64,000 nucleotides of DNA from Pecten maximus (taxonomy: Eukaryota), in contig NC_047021.1 in assembly GCF_902652985.1 (NCBI RefSeq), forward strand, positions 11,098,001 to 11,162,000, given 5' to 3'. The notes beneath the pieces are model-generated. The model made no database searches. It was not told where the DNA came from and saw only the letters and a program-made list of their open reading frames with translations. Below are positions 1-13,892 of the stretch, one piece after another (position 1 is the stretch's first letter; every line of letters starts with the position of its first letter). The translations under genes and the position numbers were made by a program.

Positions 1-1205
1 ATACAATGAAGCAGTACCGCTAACAGATATCACGTTAGAATAACTGTAAATTAGAATGAAAATAAGCATTAGGAATTGGGAATAGCAAGTAAAAATAAGT
101 AAGAATTTGACAATGGAAATTGTTATCGCTCTTTCTTGAGAATTACCGAATGGATCGTAAATGGTACCTAGTTGTGGCCTTCTGATTTTGAGACTGACCA
201 GAATAACAAAATGAGTGACAGGCCGGCATCTTTGCTTTTGGCGATGAAACTTTGTTATCGCCATTTCTTGAGAAGTACTTTAAACAGAATTTTACAAACT
301 TTGTCATGCATACTCTCACCAACATGAAAGGTTCATTTATTTGATTGGATATATCTAAACGTAATTATTTGTAAATTGAAACGTATTCAACCGATACCAG
401 TTGGAAGTCTATTAACTATGACGTATCCAATTCATATTATGTAATTATCTGTCATTCATATACTGTATATATTTGTACTGATAAATCGTAAGGTTTAATA
501 CATGAATTGAATATTCAATTTTCGTCACCAATTAGTATGTGAAATGACTAAAAATATTTAATGGAGTGTAAATATATATTAAACATAATTTCACATCATA
601 ACTGATCTCTTACTTCTTCTGTGAAGGCACATTGTAAAACGACATGAATATAAACATAATTATATATTTTACCACACTTGTGATGTACTTCCTTCATGAT
701 TGTCTTTAAGTTATAATTAGTGTGGCGTTATTTTGTGAGTAGCTTCTCTGCTGTTAGGAAATTTATTCATTAACTTCAAAACCTGCGAGGTGTTAAATCA
801 TTACGAAATGATATAAATATGTGAAAATCAGGATCACTACTCAATCTTTCTATCCATACTTTTTTTTCGTATAAATGTACATTATATTTTACTTTCGCTT
901 TCCATTTACTTTTCACTTGAAATACTCCATCTGATAAGCAATCTTGTAAGAATTTGTGTGATTCTTATTTCTTAAGAACTATTATTATATCATTTGTAAG
1001 CCCGTTACTTTACATATTGGTATCCATATATGTCATTAAAAGTTCATTTTTCGAAAGACACTACAATTCACACCAATGGAGAGCCGAATCATACGATTTT
1101 AATTCAATCATTTTACAAATAATTAATTGATTTAACGCACATGGATGAGCTCCACAGACTTACAGGATTCTGTTAAAAAGGTAACATCGTCTCACTGAGG
1201 TATAA

Positions 1206-1440
1206 TACTATATCATATCTCTCTCACTGTGGATATACTACCATTCATCAAGTTATAACAACTAGTACGTTTACTATATCATATCTCTCTCACTGTGGAT
1301 ATACTACCATTCATCAAGTTATAACAACTAGTACGTTTACTATATCATATCTCTCTCACTGTGGATATACTACCATTCATCAAGTTCTAACAGCTTTTAC
1401 TATATCATACCTGTCTTACTATGAAGATATTACCATTAAT
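1206..1440. repeat. 66-bp minisatellite, about 3.5 copies
   Basis: Unit tactatatcatatctctctcactgtggatatactaccattcatcaagttataacaactagtacgtt starts at 1206, 1272 and 1338, with a shorter degenerate copy at 1398. Confidence 0.9.
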
Positions 1441-2659
1441 CCTACATATGTTCAGCTTTCTGTTGTTATTTCGTTATGCTCTACTCAGAATACTTGTGTT
1501 TATTTCGAGAAAAAAATGAAACCCTGAATACTGGTGGTTTTATTTACATCCTGTACACATTGTTATTAACTACAAACAATGTACTAAATACTGAAATACT
1601 GGTATAGTGTTACAGAAATCAGACAAGTAAAGACACGATGTGGTGTTTCTTAATATTGTTTTTGTATGTTATGCATCCCAATTATACATGTAGGTACGGA
1701 AGTTGAAAAGGAACGCAGAAAAATAAGCTCGGTGGTGCTAGAAAATGAATATAATTTTCTTTCTCGGATCAACGATTTTCTTCTCATAATAACTTTACTT
1801 TTCAGCCGAAAGTAATAGTTCTTATGATTCACTTGACTTGCAAATTTATAGATAAATTAACGAAAAGTCGTTCAATTTTAAGGTAAATGGAAAACAAACT
1901 TTACGGAAGAGCATGTATCGCTTTAAATTATGTTACTTCCCTAACAAAAAATAAATAAATGAATAGGCCGAAAATAACTTAAATCACAATGCTACCTCAT
2001 AATACTCGATAAAACGAGGACAAAATATGGATAAATAACGAACATTTATACGGAGACCATTCAGAATGCGCAAAGACTAGTTATTCTGGGGAAATGGAGG
2101 ACATCCGCAATACATAGGTTGATAACGTAACGTTTAAAACTTCATATTGATCTAGGAAAAAATGGTTTATTGTCCCTCCAATAAAGAATTTCGAAGTATT
2201 TGTAAGAAATTTGCGTGAGGGATTTCATAATTTAACATTCCGAAATTCTTTTTGGCAAACTAAAAATTCACGAGTTATCCCCCTTTACATCGAATATTTT
2301 TAATGGTGTAGCCTAACTTTCACTGGCAAAATCACTGAATAAATGGTTGACATCGAAATAAGTCGTGGCTAACTTCTGTTGATGTATGGTGGTGTTATGT
2401 CAAAGCAATTTTACACTCGTGATGTCAGTAGTTGTTCTAAATTTATAGAAATTCAAGAAATTACGGAAATTTCGGAATTTATAATTCAAAAAGATGTTTA
2501 TCTTCAGCGTAAACAGCGATTAAAAATGTTGCTGAGAGTTTGTGAAATCAAGCAAAGAGTACAATGGAGTCTTGCCGTTCGGCGACTGAACGAAAGCTTT
2601 CAACATTTCGCGACCCACTTTCGTCCCAGGAGCCAGTGTATATTGTCAGCAGTTTGAAG

Positions 2660-5567
2660 CACAGGCGCTTGCATAGAAAATTAGAAAAAATGAAAAAAAA
2701 AATGATACCAGTGGTATGTGTACTGTGTAATACAGAAGGCCGGAAACTCCGCCACGAGCGAAACGGCAGACCACTACACTTCAATCGACTAAAAAACACT
2801 TTTATTCAAACTGACACGGCGCACACTATATGCGACCGTCATCAGAAAACCTACCGTGCCACTCAATACGAATTGTTACATCCAAAACACAATAATCCGT
2901 GAAAACATCGCCGAATTCCTCGCTCAGAACGCCATTTCTCAAACTGCTCCCTGAGCCTGTCCAGATTCTTCATTTACATACGGGGTTCAAAGGTCATGCG
3001 ATTATATAATCGACTGTCACCAGGTGCACTTTTTAGGGTCATCTCCGCATACTTTATTTTACAGGTGCATGCACAGGACGTCGTTTGCGAGATCACGGAC
3101 TAATAAGATAGCATGTTTTAATGTCAGTGATGAGATCATCCTTTCCTTTTCTTCAACTGCATCATTTCGGTAGTTGTTGTAACTTCGTTTTCAATAAAAA
3201 AAGATTGCATATAACGGTGCTCAATAACTGGTTCAAGACAGGACCGGGACATTATACGTATACCATGAACTACTCCTATAACATAAGAGGCCGCTGGTCG
3301 GCTCTTTTTCTATCGGATATTATTTTGCCGACTGCGACCTCTTATTTCCGAAGCACTAATTCTTTGATGCAGTTTCCGCCCGAAATCCGGGCGGAACTAA
3401 ATATGCTTGAAAAAAACACTTAAAAGGTTGACAGGTCATTACAACGATGTCTACGTATCATGTATGCAATATGTATCCCATATAAATGTCACAGACACAA
3501 ATATATAGTATAATACGGTGTATAACACACAAAATACATGCCCATGTCGTTGTAGCACTTTTCTAGTCGTTTTTAAAAATGGCTGCCTAAAGGTTGATAC
3601 AAAATAGTTGTTGTTATTTCAAACGGAACGAAATGATACGGACTTTGTTGTATTCCGCTTGTAGGACATAGGTTGTAATCCATTTTTGTATTAACCGGCA
3701 AATCACGTGGTATTTTTACTATCACTAACGGCAGTATTGTCTGCTTGCGCTCTGCTCCGCTTCGGAAGAAGAAAACTTCATAATATGTGTTTGTTACGAA
3801 ATTATTCTCATTTAATCATTGGATTATGGAAAGAAATATATATTGGACACCGTTGATCATTTAAATGTAAGTTGACACGCTATATTTTTGCAATAAACGA
3901 ACTTTAAAAATTTCATCGTCAGCATCGGGAAAATCAGCTATGGGCAGTTAGAGGTTACACGGCGTTAGTCAAAAGTATCTCGCCGTGTAAAACCTCTAAC
4001 ATTGTTGGAGTAACCATGAACAAGCAGTATCAGTTGGAATTTTTCGAAGTTAAAATTTTGATGGGGTAATAGCTGATAGTTGTTTGATATTTTGATTTTT
4101 TATTGTACTTGCCATCTATTTAGGGCTATGCCAATCTTCATTCTTCTCCCCTACATGACTAGTTAAAAAGGTATATACCACACACAATACCGATAAGAAT
4201 AAGAGGTTGTTCTGGGTATTCTGGCGTTAGCCCTAAAATACTATAAAAGTCTGGCGTTGACACAAAATAACCACTACTTCCCCCTCAAGTATTCTCTTTT
4301 CTTTCTCATTTTAATTCAGTTTCATAATTCTGTAAGGACTTCAGCCATCTTGATTATTATTAGAGTAGCGTGATGCTTACACACTCAATTAATAAGGTAC
4401 TTCATCAATAACTTAAATTTTATATATGCGAGCGATGTAAAGTGGAATAAATGGATAATGAGTATTACAAAGAATACATTTTACAATGCGTTAAACTCTT
4501 TGACATTGTCAGGTCTGAAGTATGATTTTCGTATTTGACGACGACATGATATTTGTAAAATGTGCAGAAATAAATGAACTGGTCTGAAGTAAGTAATGTT
4601 GGTACACATGTATACGTTTCAGTAACCTGATGACAGTCTTATTCGTGATTCACTTTTCTTTTTGTTCGTCCAGATTTCAGTAAACTGACAAAAGTTAATC
4701 AATAAATAAGCATTTTGTTCTACCTTTGTGACAATTATTTCATTATTTAGAAAACGATACGATAGTGACGTTCTGTGTGAATCAATTTATGCCCCTCCCC
4801 CCTTTCCACTTATCGAAAATCTTATTCTCGAGATTGCAAAATTTGCTATAATCATTTAATCATTTCATTTTTCCGAAATTTTGTTCCGAAATTTTGGCCC
4901 CCAGACCCCTCGCCAAAAAAACATTCGGCTCCCGCCTATGGCGCACGCATTACCACATTACCACTAAATTACTGGAACCCCCCCTTCCAATTCCTGGATC
5001 CGCGCCCCAGCTGTGTACTGTCATATACGGTGCATGGTAATCTAACGTTCAAAATAATGAATAATTTATGATTATAAATCATCATTCATCGACGAAACTC
5101 TTAAAATAATCGTAAATTAGATGAAACTCTTCAGCGAGCCGAAGCATTTTCCGGACAAAATGCATGCGGAGATGACCCCCAAAAGTACACCTGACGACTG
5201 ACGATCATATAATCGCATGACCTTTGAATCCCGTATGTAAATGAAGAATCTGGACAGGCTCAGGGAGCAGTTTGAGAAATGGCGTTCTGAGCGAGGAATT
5301 CGGCGATGTTTTCACGGATTATTGTGTTTTGGATGTAACAATTCGTATTGAGTGGCACAGTAGGTTAAAGATGAATGTTTTCTGATGACGGTCGCATATA
5401 GTGTGCGCCGTGTCAGTTTGAATAAAAGTGTTTTTTAGTCGATTGAAGTGTAGTGGTCTGCCGTTTCGCTCGTGGCGGAGTTTCCGGCCTTGTACTTAAC
5501 AGATTACACATACCACTGTCAAATAAAAAAAAAAATGAAAATCACATATTCTATGCAAGCGCCTGTG
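2660..5567. mobile_element. Non-autonomous foldback DNA element with ~390-400 bp terminal inverted repeats and CACAGG...CCTGTG ends (CMC/EnSpm-like)
   Basis: 2660-3050 is the reverse complement of 5164-5567. The termini are CACAGGCGCTTGCATAGAA and TTCTATGCAAGCGCCTGTG, and no transposase ORF lies between the arms. The superfamily is inferred from the CAC/GTG ends; a matching TSD is not visible. Confidence 0.75.
3947..4000. repeat. Short hairpin-forming inverted repeat
   Basis: gttagaggtt-acacggcg ... cgccgtgt-aaaacctctaac. Confidence 0.6.
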
Positions 5568-6692
5568 GTTTGAAGGACGGTTGGTGCTAAAGAATCCATT
5601 CCATCCATTATTTGATGGTTGGCAATCCTATGAAATAGAATAAGTTTAAATCCATTCATTGGAACTGACCATGAACCAAAATTTCTTTCCCATGCAACTA
5701 TTTTTGTAGGTGAAATGGCAATTGTCCAACGCAGTTTTTAATTATTGAACGTCAGTTTGTTCTATACGTTTAAAGTCCTTTATGTGGCCACTGACACTAA
5801 CTACATGTATTCTCTTTTCATAACGACTCTCTATCAGATTTCACTGACTGCCTGGTAAGTATATCCTGTTGCAAATCGTATTGTAACTATGTTGTAAATC
5901 GCGTGTAATGTGACATTTGTATAGCTGTCAATGTCGACACTACTACTGGTAATATAATGACGTAAATCAGAGACCTTTATCACTGCGAGTCTGTGACAGA
6001 ATTCTGGATCTATACCGGTTAAACACTGCACATGACAGATATACCAGACACCTACACACTCGTACTCAAGTTCAAGTTCTTTATTAACTTTGAGTCTTCC
6101 GACTCATCAGTCAAATACACACTTGTGGGGTGCTAGTCATGCCTTCAGAATCTCTTCGTCGCCTGTAGAAGATGAAAGGTACTTTTTTTTTTACCACAAT
6201 GCCTTATTAAACCTCTGTGCAACTGACATCAAAATTGATTTTGAAATTCCGATTGACTTGTGGTTTGCACCCCACATGTTTTCGGACGAGTGACTACATC
6301 CACCCGTTTGTCTGGTCGGGTGCCATATGTATTTATTAAGAGAACTTGTATACCTGGAGATATGTTGGTGTTGTGGTCACGTCTAAATAAAAATAATTCC
6401 CTAATACGGTCATTGTACATGGTCAATACAGGATCACAGGCTTAGAGGGATTTCGTGGTTACATGTTGCCGAACACTTGTGTGTTTGATAGTGTTTATAC
6501 GTCTCTAACGTACCCTGACGTACACCAACAATGGTAAACAGATTAAGATTATTATGTAAACGTGTCATTTAATAATATTTCCAGTTTAAAACGAGAGAAT
6601 ATCTTTGAAAATACGTTCACAGCTGAATTCTATAAACAAAATAGCTAATGTATTTATTAAAGGGAGCGATGAAGGAAAGATGATTGGATGGA

Positions 6693-6829
6693 NNNNNNNN
6701 NNNNNNNNNNNNNNNNNNNNNNNNNNNNNNNNNNNNNNNNNNNNNNNNNNNNNNNNNNNNNNNNNNNNNNNNNNNNNNNNNNNNNNNNNNNNNNNNNNNN
6801 NNNNNNNNNNNNNNNNNNNNNNNNNNNNN
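6693..6829. other. Assembly gap (137 N), probably hiding a (TGGA)n microsatellite
   Basis: Run of N flanked by ...ttggatgga on the left and tggatggatgg on the right. Confidence 0.9.
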
Positions 6830-7369
6830 TGGATGGATGGTATTTTCTTCCCTATGTATACAGTGTATGTTAAAACAGAGACCTCCTTTTGTGCCATTTC
6901 GTTAAAGGCGGCCATTTCAAATGTTAACTACACTGTATGATGTCTATCAAATATAAATTTACATAAAAAGCAGTATTTCAAACAAATGGTGTAAATAGCA
7001 TTATGATAGAATGTATGGTTTGCCGTTCATATAGGTGTGGGAGAGGAGACCACGGAACGAAGGTCTTCCGCGTTCAGAACTGGTGTCAGAAATCAATTAA
7101 AATATCCTAAACTTTATGCCAATATAACCAATATCAGCGTTTCATAGAGATGATGATGCAACCAGATACATGTTTTTAAATGTAGTTTTATGAAACATTG
7201 AACGGGATATGGTCCGGCTAAAGTATGGTGTGGTAATACAGTTTACATTTCCATGGTTAGTTATTTTCCAGACATGGAACAGTCGCGGATTATCTCTCAG
7301 TAAGCTATCGTAGCCAAGTCACAGCAATGTTTGTAAATATCGACTTTTCGGCGCAACAAATACATAAGA

Positions 7370-7740
7370 CACTCGAGTGATGTTAGCGACGTCAAACGGC
7401 TGTTTCGTCATTCTACAATGTAGGAATCGTCAGTGATGTTAGGGACGTCACATAGATGTTTCGTCCTTCAAAGACTCGTCGGTGATTTCAAGGATATCCT
7501 ACAGCTGTTTCGTCCTTCTACAACTCGTCGATGATGTTAGGGATCTCATAAAACGGTTTCGTCTTTCTAAGACTCGTCATTGATGTAAGGGATCTCATGA
7601 AACGGTTTCGTCTTTCTAAGACTCGTCATTGATGTAAGGGATCTCATATAACGGTTTCGTCTTTCTAAGACTCGTCATTGATGTAAGGGACCTCATACAA
7701 CGGTTTCGTCTTTCTAAGACTCGTCAATGATGCTAGGGTC
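7370..7740. repeat. 49-bp minisatellite, about 7.5 copies
   Basis: gactcgtcattgatgtaagggatctcatgaaacggtttcgtctttctaa-type units at 7571, 7620, 7669 and 7718; copies to the left are more diverged. Confidence 0.9.
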
Positions 7741-8096
7741 TTTGAATCCTGTCGATTTATTTTTCTGGGGCGCAAAAAAACGTAGCATCTGTATACTTTT
7801 TTATACCGATAAATCATCCGACCTCTACAATATGTATTGTTGAATTGTGTAATAAAGCTGAACTGAAGTGTATTATTTGCGAACTAACATTTATCTATCA
7901 TGTTTTTCCTGTTAAATAATGTAGACGTTTTTTTATACATATATGTAATTGTTGCAAAACTCGGACATGAATTAAGTCCAGTAATACATAAATTAATCAG
8001 CCTCATTACAGTAATAACGACGAGGACATGGCGTCTGAGAGAATGACCAGCCATTTATACAATACAAACCTGACTAACCATGAACAATCCCACAAA

Positions 8097-9161
8097 AACC
8101 TACATGTACCTTACCCTGAACAATCAAACATTAACATATATGTACCTTACCTTGAACAATCAAACATAAACCTTCATGTACCTTACCCTGAACAATCAAA
8201 CATAAACCTACATGTACCTTACCCTGAACAATCAAACATTAACCTACATGTACCTTACCCTGAACAATCAAACATAAACCTACACGTACCTTACCCTGAA
8301 CAATCAAACATAAACCTACATGTACCTTACCCTGAACAATCAAACATAAACCTACACGTACCTTACCCTGAACAATCAAACATAAACCTACATGTACCTT
8401 ACCCTGAACAATCAAACATAACCTACATGTACCTTACCCTGAACAATCAAACATAACCTACATGTACCTTACCCTGAACAATCAAACATAAACCTACATG
8501 TACCTTACCCTGAACAATCAAACATAACCTACATGTACCTTACCCTGAACAATCAAACATAACCTACATGTACCTTACCCTGAACAATCAAACATAAACC
8601 TACATGTACCTTACCCTGAACAATCAAACATAAACCTACATGTACCTTACCCTGAACAATCAAACATAAACCTACATGTACCTTACCCTGAACAATCAAA
8701 CATAAACCTACATGTACCTTACCCTGAACAATCAAACATAAACCTACATGTACCTTACCCTGAACAATCAAACATAAACCTACATGTACCTTACCCTGAA
8801 CAATCAAACATAACCTACATGTACCTTACCCTGAACAATCAAACATAAACCTACATGTACCTTACCCTGAACAATCAAACATTAACCTACATGTACCTTA
8901 CCCTGAACAATCAAACATAAACCTACATGTACCTTACCCTGAACAATCAAACATAAACCTACATGTACCTTACCCTGAACAATCAAACATTAACCTACAT
9001 GTACCTTACCTGAACAATCAAACATTAACCTACATGTACCTTACCCTGAACAATCAAACATAAACCTACATGTACCTTACCCTGAACAATCAAACATAAA
9101 CCTACATGTACCTTACCCTGAACAATCAAACATAAACCTACATGTACCTTACCCTGAACAA
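8097..9161. repeat. 35-36 bp minisatellite, about 30 near-identical copies
   Basis: Unit aacctacatgtaccttaccctgaacaatcaaacata is repeated head to tail with 1-bp indel variants. Confidence 0.97.
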
Positions 9162-10448
9162 GGTTTAAATTTTACCCGTGCTTGTTCACGATCGTACCAA
9201 ATTATATATCATAGAGAAATATAACTGTGTATAACTGGTGCTCTTGTGGCAGATTTGTTAATATAATATTTAGAATAAGCACAGCCAACTCGAGGGGGTC
9301 AGTCGGCTTAACCTGTTAATACCCTAGGTACACATAACGGGCCCGGAATCATACACAGACATGTACAAAATGTACCAAAATCGATCGACTAGATCAATAC
9401 ATTTTACCAATTAATAACACAATATTGATCTTCAGACAGGTAACATATAATAATGTCAATTTAGTCTCAAATGTCTCAACAACGAAGCCATTGAGATGAT
9501 GTATTATCTGGAGTGGGACACCATAGTGTCAGTTCGGCGTTTATCGATCACTGCTTTGGGAGTAAATATCAGTGACGTCACAAGTCAATCACTCTCATAT
9601 GAATTAGTACCACCAATTTATACCTCGAGCAATCTTAACCTCATAACACGATTCGAATTCAATTTATTGAATTAGTATTTCGAATAAAAGTTCCACGCAA
9701 TTATGTATAGAAAGTAACAGCATTATGGTTCCCATAACACTTGCAGGTTTAAGGCATACGGTGAATAAACAGTTAAAACAAAACTCATTCTTACAATTCC
9801 ATTGTCTTTACGTGAACGTCTTTGCTTTACATGTATTCTATCATTTCCGCCTCAGTCGGTACAAATGAACTTTCAAAATCGAGCCATTGATCGTTACAGT
9901 AAAATATTGGGTTCTCAGCCAAAGGGCGTTCACAACATTAAGGAAATGGTAGAAACGCTAGGTAAACTTATTGATGGGGCAAACAAACCAAATATACCAT
10001 AACGATGTGTTCATTGGTTTACATGTACCATGATCCGTAAACATACAGTGTACATACAGTTATATGCATGTTTTATGGTATATAATACATACCTACACAG
10101 GGTCAGGGAATACAATACCAGGACGTATCCTAGTACAAAGCATTACGCTGCTCCATCCGCCAATCAAAAACGTCGTTATACAACAGCAGCGTCATTTATT
10201 ACGTTATGGAATGATAACATACATTTCTAAGCAAATGAAAATGCATTTTACAAACAAGGCTAAATTATTGAAATGTAGTTCCTGACCTTTCTATTCTTGT
10301 AAACATTGCCACAGTTGGGAAATAAACTCCATCACATCAATAGAATAAAAAATAATCTATTTTCATTAAATACAAATATCTATCACAGTCATTAATTTCT
10401 AAGAGACAAACACATGTTTGACCGGTTAGGAATAAATTCGACGATTAA

Positions 10449-11268
10449 AGTCACATACTCACGAAGAAACATTTATCAATGTTTACATTTTGAGCTTTTT
10501 ACAGTTTTCGGACTTGATACATACCTAACAAACTATCGTGAATCAGAAACTGAAAGAAAATGTGAATTTATGAAAGTATACGGGGAATTCCCCAAAAATA
10601 ATAACTGTGGCTGCCGGACCAAATTTCTCTGAAAATTAGTCCCACAATGCAACGGCGGGTTTTACAGTCGATACAAAATGGCGGAACGCCAAAAGAGTGG
10701 ACCTAGGAAAACGCCAAAAATAGACGCAAACGTGAATGGAATCGGCGAAACCCGAGTATTTCCTTAGGAAAGGAATGATTCGTTGAAACTTAGCGAAAAA
10801 AGAAAGAGAATAGACTCGAATTCCGATTTTGCCGGACGTCAATTGGATTGCTGGTTAGCTTTTGAACATTGTCAACTTCACCGATCTAAAATTGTATCGA
10901 TGTGTTGATGTATGCATTTTGCTTCATTTTGAAATTAAGTATTTAAATGTAAACTATGTTTGTTTTGTAAGTTATCATGCGAATATTCTGTTTATATGTT
11001 TAAATGAAAGCATTATTAGGCATGTTCACGTATGCTCGATATATATGCAGCGCACGTTGTTATAGCCTCATTCTCGGCTCCGTGACAAATCTCGCAATAA
11101 ATATAAATGCGGCGAGTTATTTTTATACACTGATGTCTCAAGGACTCCCCCGGTCAAGTGTCCAGGCCAGTGGTCATTTTAATGTTAGGAGAGCCTGAAT
11201 GAGCATCTTGGATTGTCATTAATACACGTGTGCAACTAGAATTTTAGGTTGTTTGGGAGTATGTGGCT
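10449..11268 (+). mobile_element. Complete non-autonomous Kolobok-like DNA transposon (820 bp)
   Basis: TTAA TSD at 10445-10448 and 11269-11272. TIRs are AGTCACATACTC and GAGTATGTGGCT (11/12 match). AG...CT ends with TTAA duplication are the Kolobok pattern. A second diverged copy lies at 31235-31945. Confidence 0.8.
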
Positions 11269-13786
11269 TTAAGCCCGAATGACCTGGTGACACGTACTTA
11301 CAGCAGGCCCAGTTTCATCAAAGTTCATAAACCTCAAGAAATCCTTTATTTTATTTTTTTCATGTGTTTTTTTTCCATAGCAATTTTCGTATTAAACGAA
11401 AAACTCTCTATCAAGGAACTTGCTTTGTAAGTCAGCCTACATGTATGCCTAACTGCACCACTCAGAACAATGGAACTGTTTAGTGGGTGTTAAAACAATA
11501 TGGAAACGGTGATAACGGATTAAACGAAATGTCGCGCCATGTAAATACGGTTACATAAAGGGTGTGACATAACGAAATGATGAATAATTGATAAATTACG
11601 ATCGTTAATTAGTACAAACTTGGTATAGTATGTCCCACTAACTTAGGTTTTACAAGAGTGCCCGAGTCACTCAAGTGTGGAAAACCAACTCCATGCTCAT
11701 CAATAATTTGTCGGGGCAGCAATCTCGGCGACAGGAACTAACGGATCCAGTCACGATAAGGGAACATTTTAGTCATTAACTATCATTAGAAACAGGTATA
11801 TGTACTCCAATAGAATTTAACAGATCTATTAAAATCCGGTATCGCCCTGCACTCGTATTTTTGTCTTTATATATTGCCGTTAGCTTTAAAACCTGACTTA
11901 TTGCGTGGGGGTTTCATGGCGGGTAAGACGTTAAACTATTTCAACATTTCATTATATATTCGGTGAAATTGTAATCCGATATCGTATGATTTATATTCGA
12001 ATATTCCAAGAAATGAAACATTAATCTATCTTTTCTAGTATTCGGTAGGCTAGTTCAACAGCCAGGATCATGTGACATAATACAATATCACTCTAAGTAA
12101 GAACAGACGGGAACGAAAAGAAAAGAAAGAAAATAATTCAGCGAATAACAATCCCCACAGAATGGTTATCCTTTTACCATGAAATGGGATCTGGTGACAA
12201 CATCCATTACTTGATTGCATTTGGTGGTATGAATGAAAGTTATATTAATATCACTAATTTTACGTCAGGATTCAACGGACACAACGCAAAACAAACTATA
12301 ATATTCCCCCTAACACCCCGTTCATGCTCGGGTTGTCCTAAAGACCAAAGATTCAGAAAATCCAGTGGTCAAATAACGTAAAAGTTATCATTTTACTTTC
12401 TTTTTTTTTTTAATTGTTACTTTAATTTCAGACTTATTGTTCCGAAGCCCGACTGTCCTAGTTGTATACAGGAGTGATGTCTACATTATAGAAGTATATT
12501 GTACGGAATACTGGGTAGTGTTAGGATAGACGACATGGAAGTCTAGACGGGACCTTCATAACTCTATAGGTTCCATTCAATGCTATAGAAAAGATGCTGA
12601 CAATTCCATTACAACATGACTAATGCCGTTCTCAAATGACTAAGCGAATTCTTCTGTTATATAACCACCGCCAGTGTATTTCTTTATACCTGTCAAAGTT
12701 TTTGACAAAGCATATTTATAAAATTCAATAATTGAGACATAATCCTATGTCCCTGACTATTCGATCTAATCGTTCAACAGGGACCCTATTTAATGACCGT
12801 AGGGTTACCGTGGAGTATTTTTCTGTAAAACAGAACTGCATTGTTGCTGTCCTCGTTAGTCGAGAGTATTTTTTAACAGAATTTCATTGTTCATGTAAAA
12901 TTCGTGTCGAGTAATTACTGGGACGGTGGTTCAGATGTCTGCTCTCTCAGAGATATTCATTCTGGGAATATGGACCGGGGTTTGAAAGGATAAGAGAACA
13001 CTGTTTGGATATCCCTACGTCTTACCTCCTGGGGAAGCTTAACAATAGGCTTATGTCCTTTTCCCTTCGTTTGTCGCTTAGTTTGTGATAACAGTACTGG
13101 TATAATACATGTACATCAGTTACTTAACGCTGTATATAAAACTGTAAGTCACAATCATTCCTCCTATACTGTAGAGTCCCTAGGGATATATTTAAAGTGA
13201 ATACACCCGGATACATGTACAACGTAACCTCCAGACAGTATTTCTGTGCTAAAAAAGGTTTTAACACAACACTTATTTGTTTACTTAGGTTTACTACTAG
13301 GGGGTGAGATGCTGATTTAACGTACATTTAGAGCAACAAATATCTAAAAACGACAGTTGTCAGGTAAAAATGACGTCAGTAGAATATAAACAATGTACCA
13401 AAGTATAGACAATACGGTATAAGGAGGTACAATACCCAGGATGTGTAGCCATTACGGTAATAATAAGCCTGCTTTGTGAGTAAATGTTTGTGATGATTTA
13501 TCTATAAACTGCTGAAACAACTCTCTAATTTCAATCGAAGTCATGTATCCATTTACTTAATGACCATGGTAGATTCAGGAATCTGATCCACTAATCGAAG
13601 ATATACTTTGGTTGTTTGGTTGTAGTAATAACAGTATTGGGATCCATTACCGGTGTGTCCTATAGAGACTAAATCTCCATAATACATAACGCCACTGCGA
13701 TGCTCCTTTATGCTTTCTCTTACTCAAACCACATACGCACAGACTAACAAATATTCATATCAGAATGCGGAATGTTCCTGTCTATA

Positions 13787-13892
13787 CCATCCGTAACAGT
13801 AATATTCCTTTCCAGAACTTTTCCAGACCATCCGTAACCGGTAATATTCCTTTCCAGAACCTTTCCAGACCATCCGTAACGGGTATATTCCA
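13787..13892. repeat. 41-42 bp tandem repeat, 2.5 copies
   Basis: ccatccgtaac...aatattcctttccagaac-tttccaga starts at 13787, 13828 and 13870. Confidence 0.8.

Noticed and set aside
2564-2902. 112-aa ORF with a CxxC motif
   Set aside because: It lies in the foldback arm, and the opposite arm has an indel at the equivalent position. No recognisable domain.
8028-8807. Repeat-protein ORFs (LHVPYPEQSNIN)n and (CLIVQGKVHVGL)n
   Set aside because: By-products of a 36-bp minisatellite. The 35-bp variants break the frame and there is no splice or domain context.
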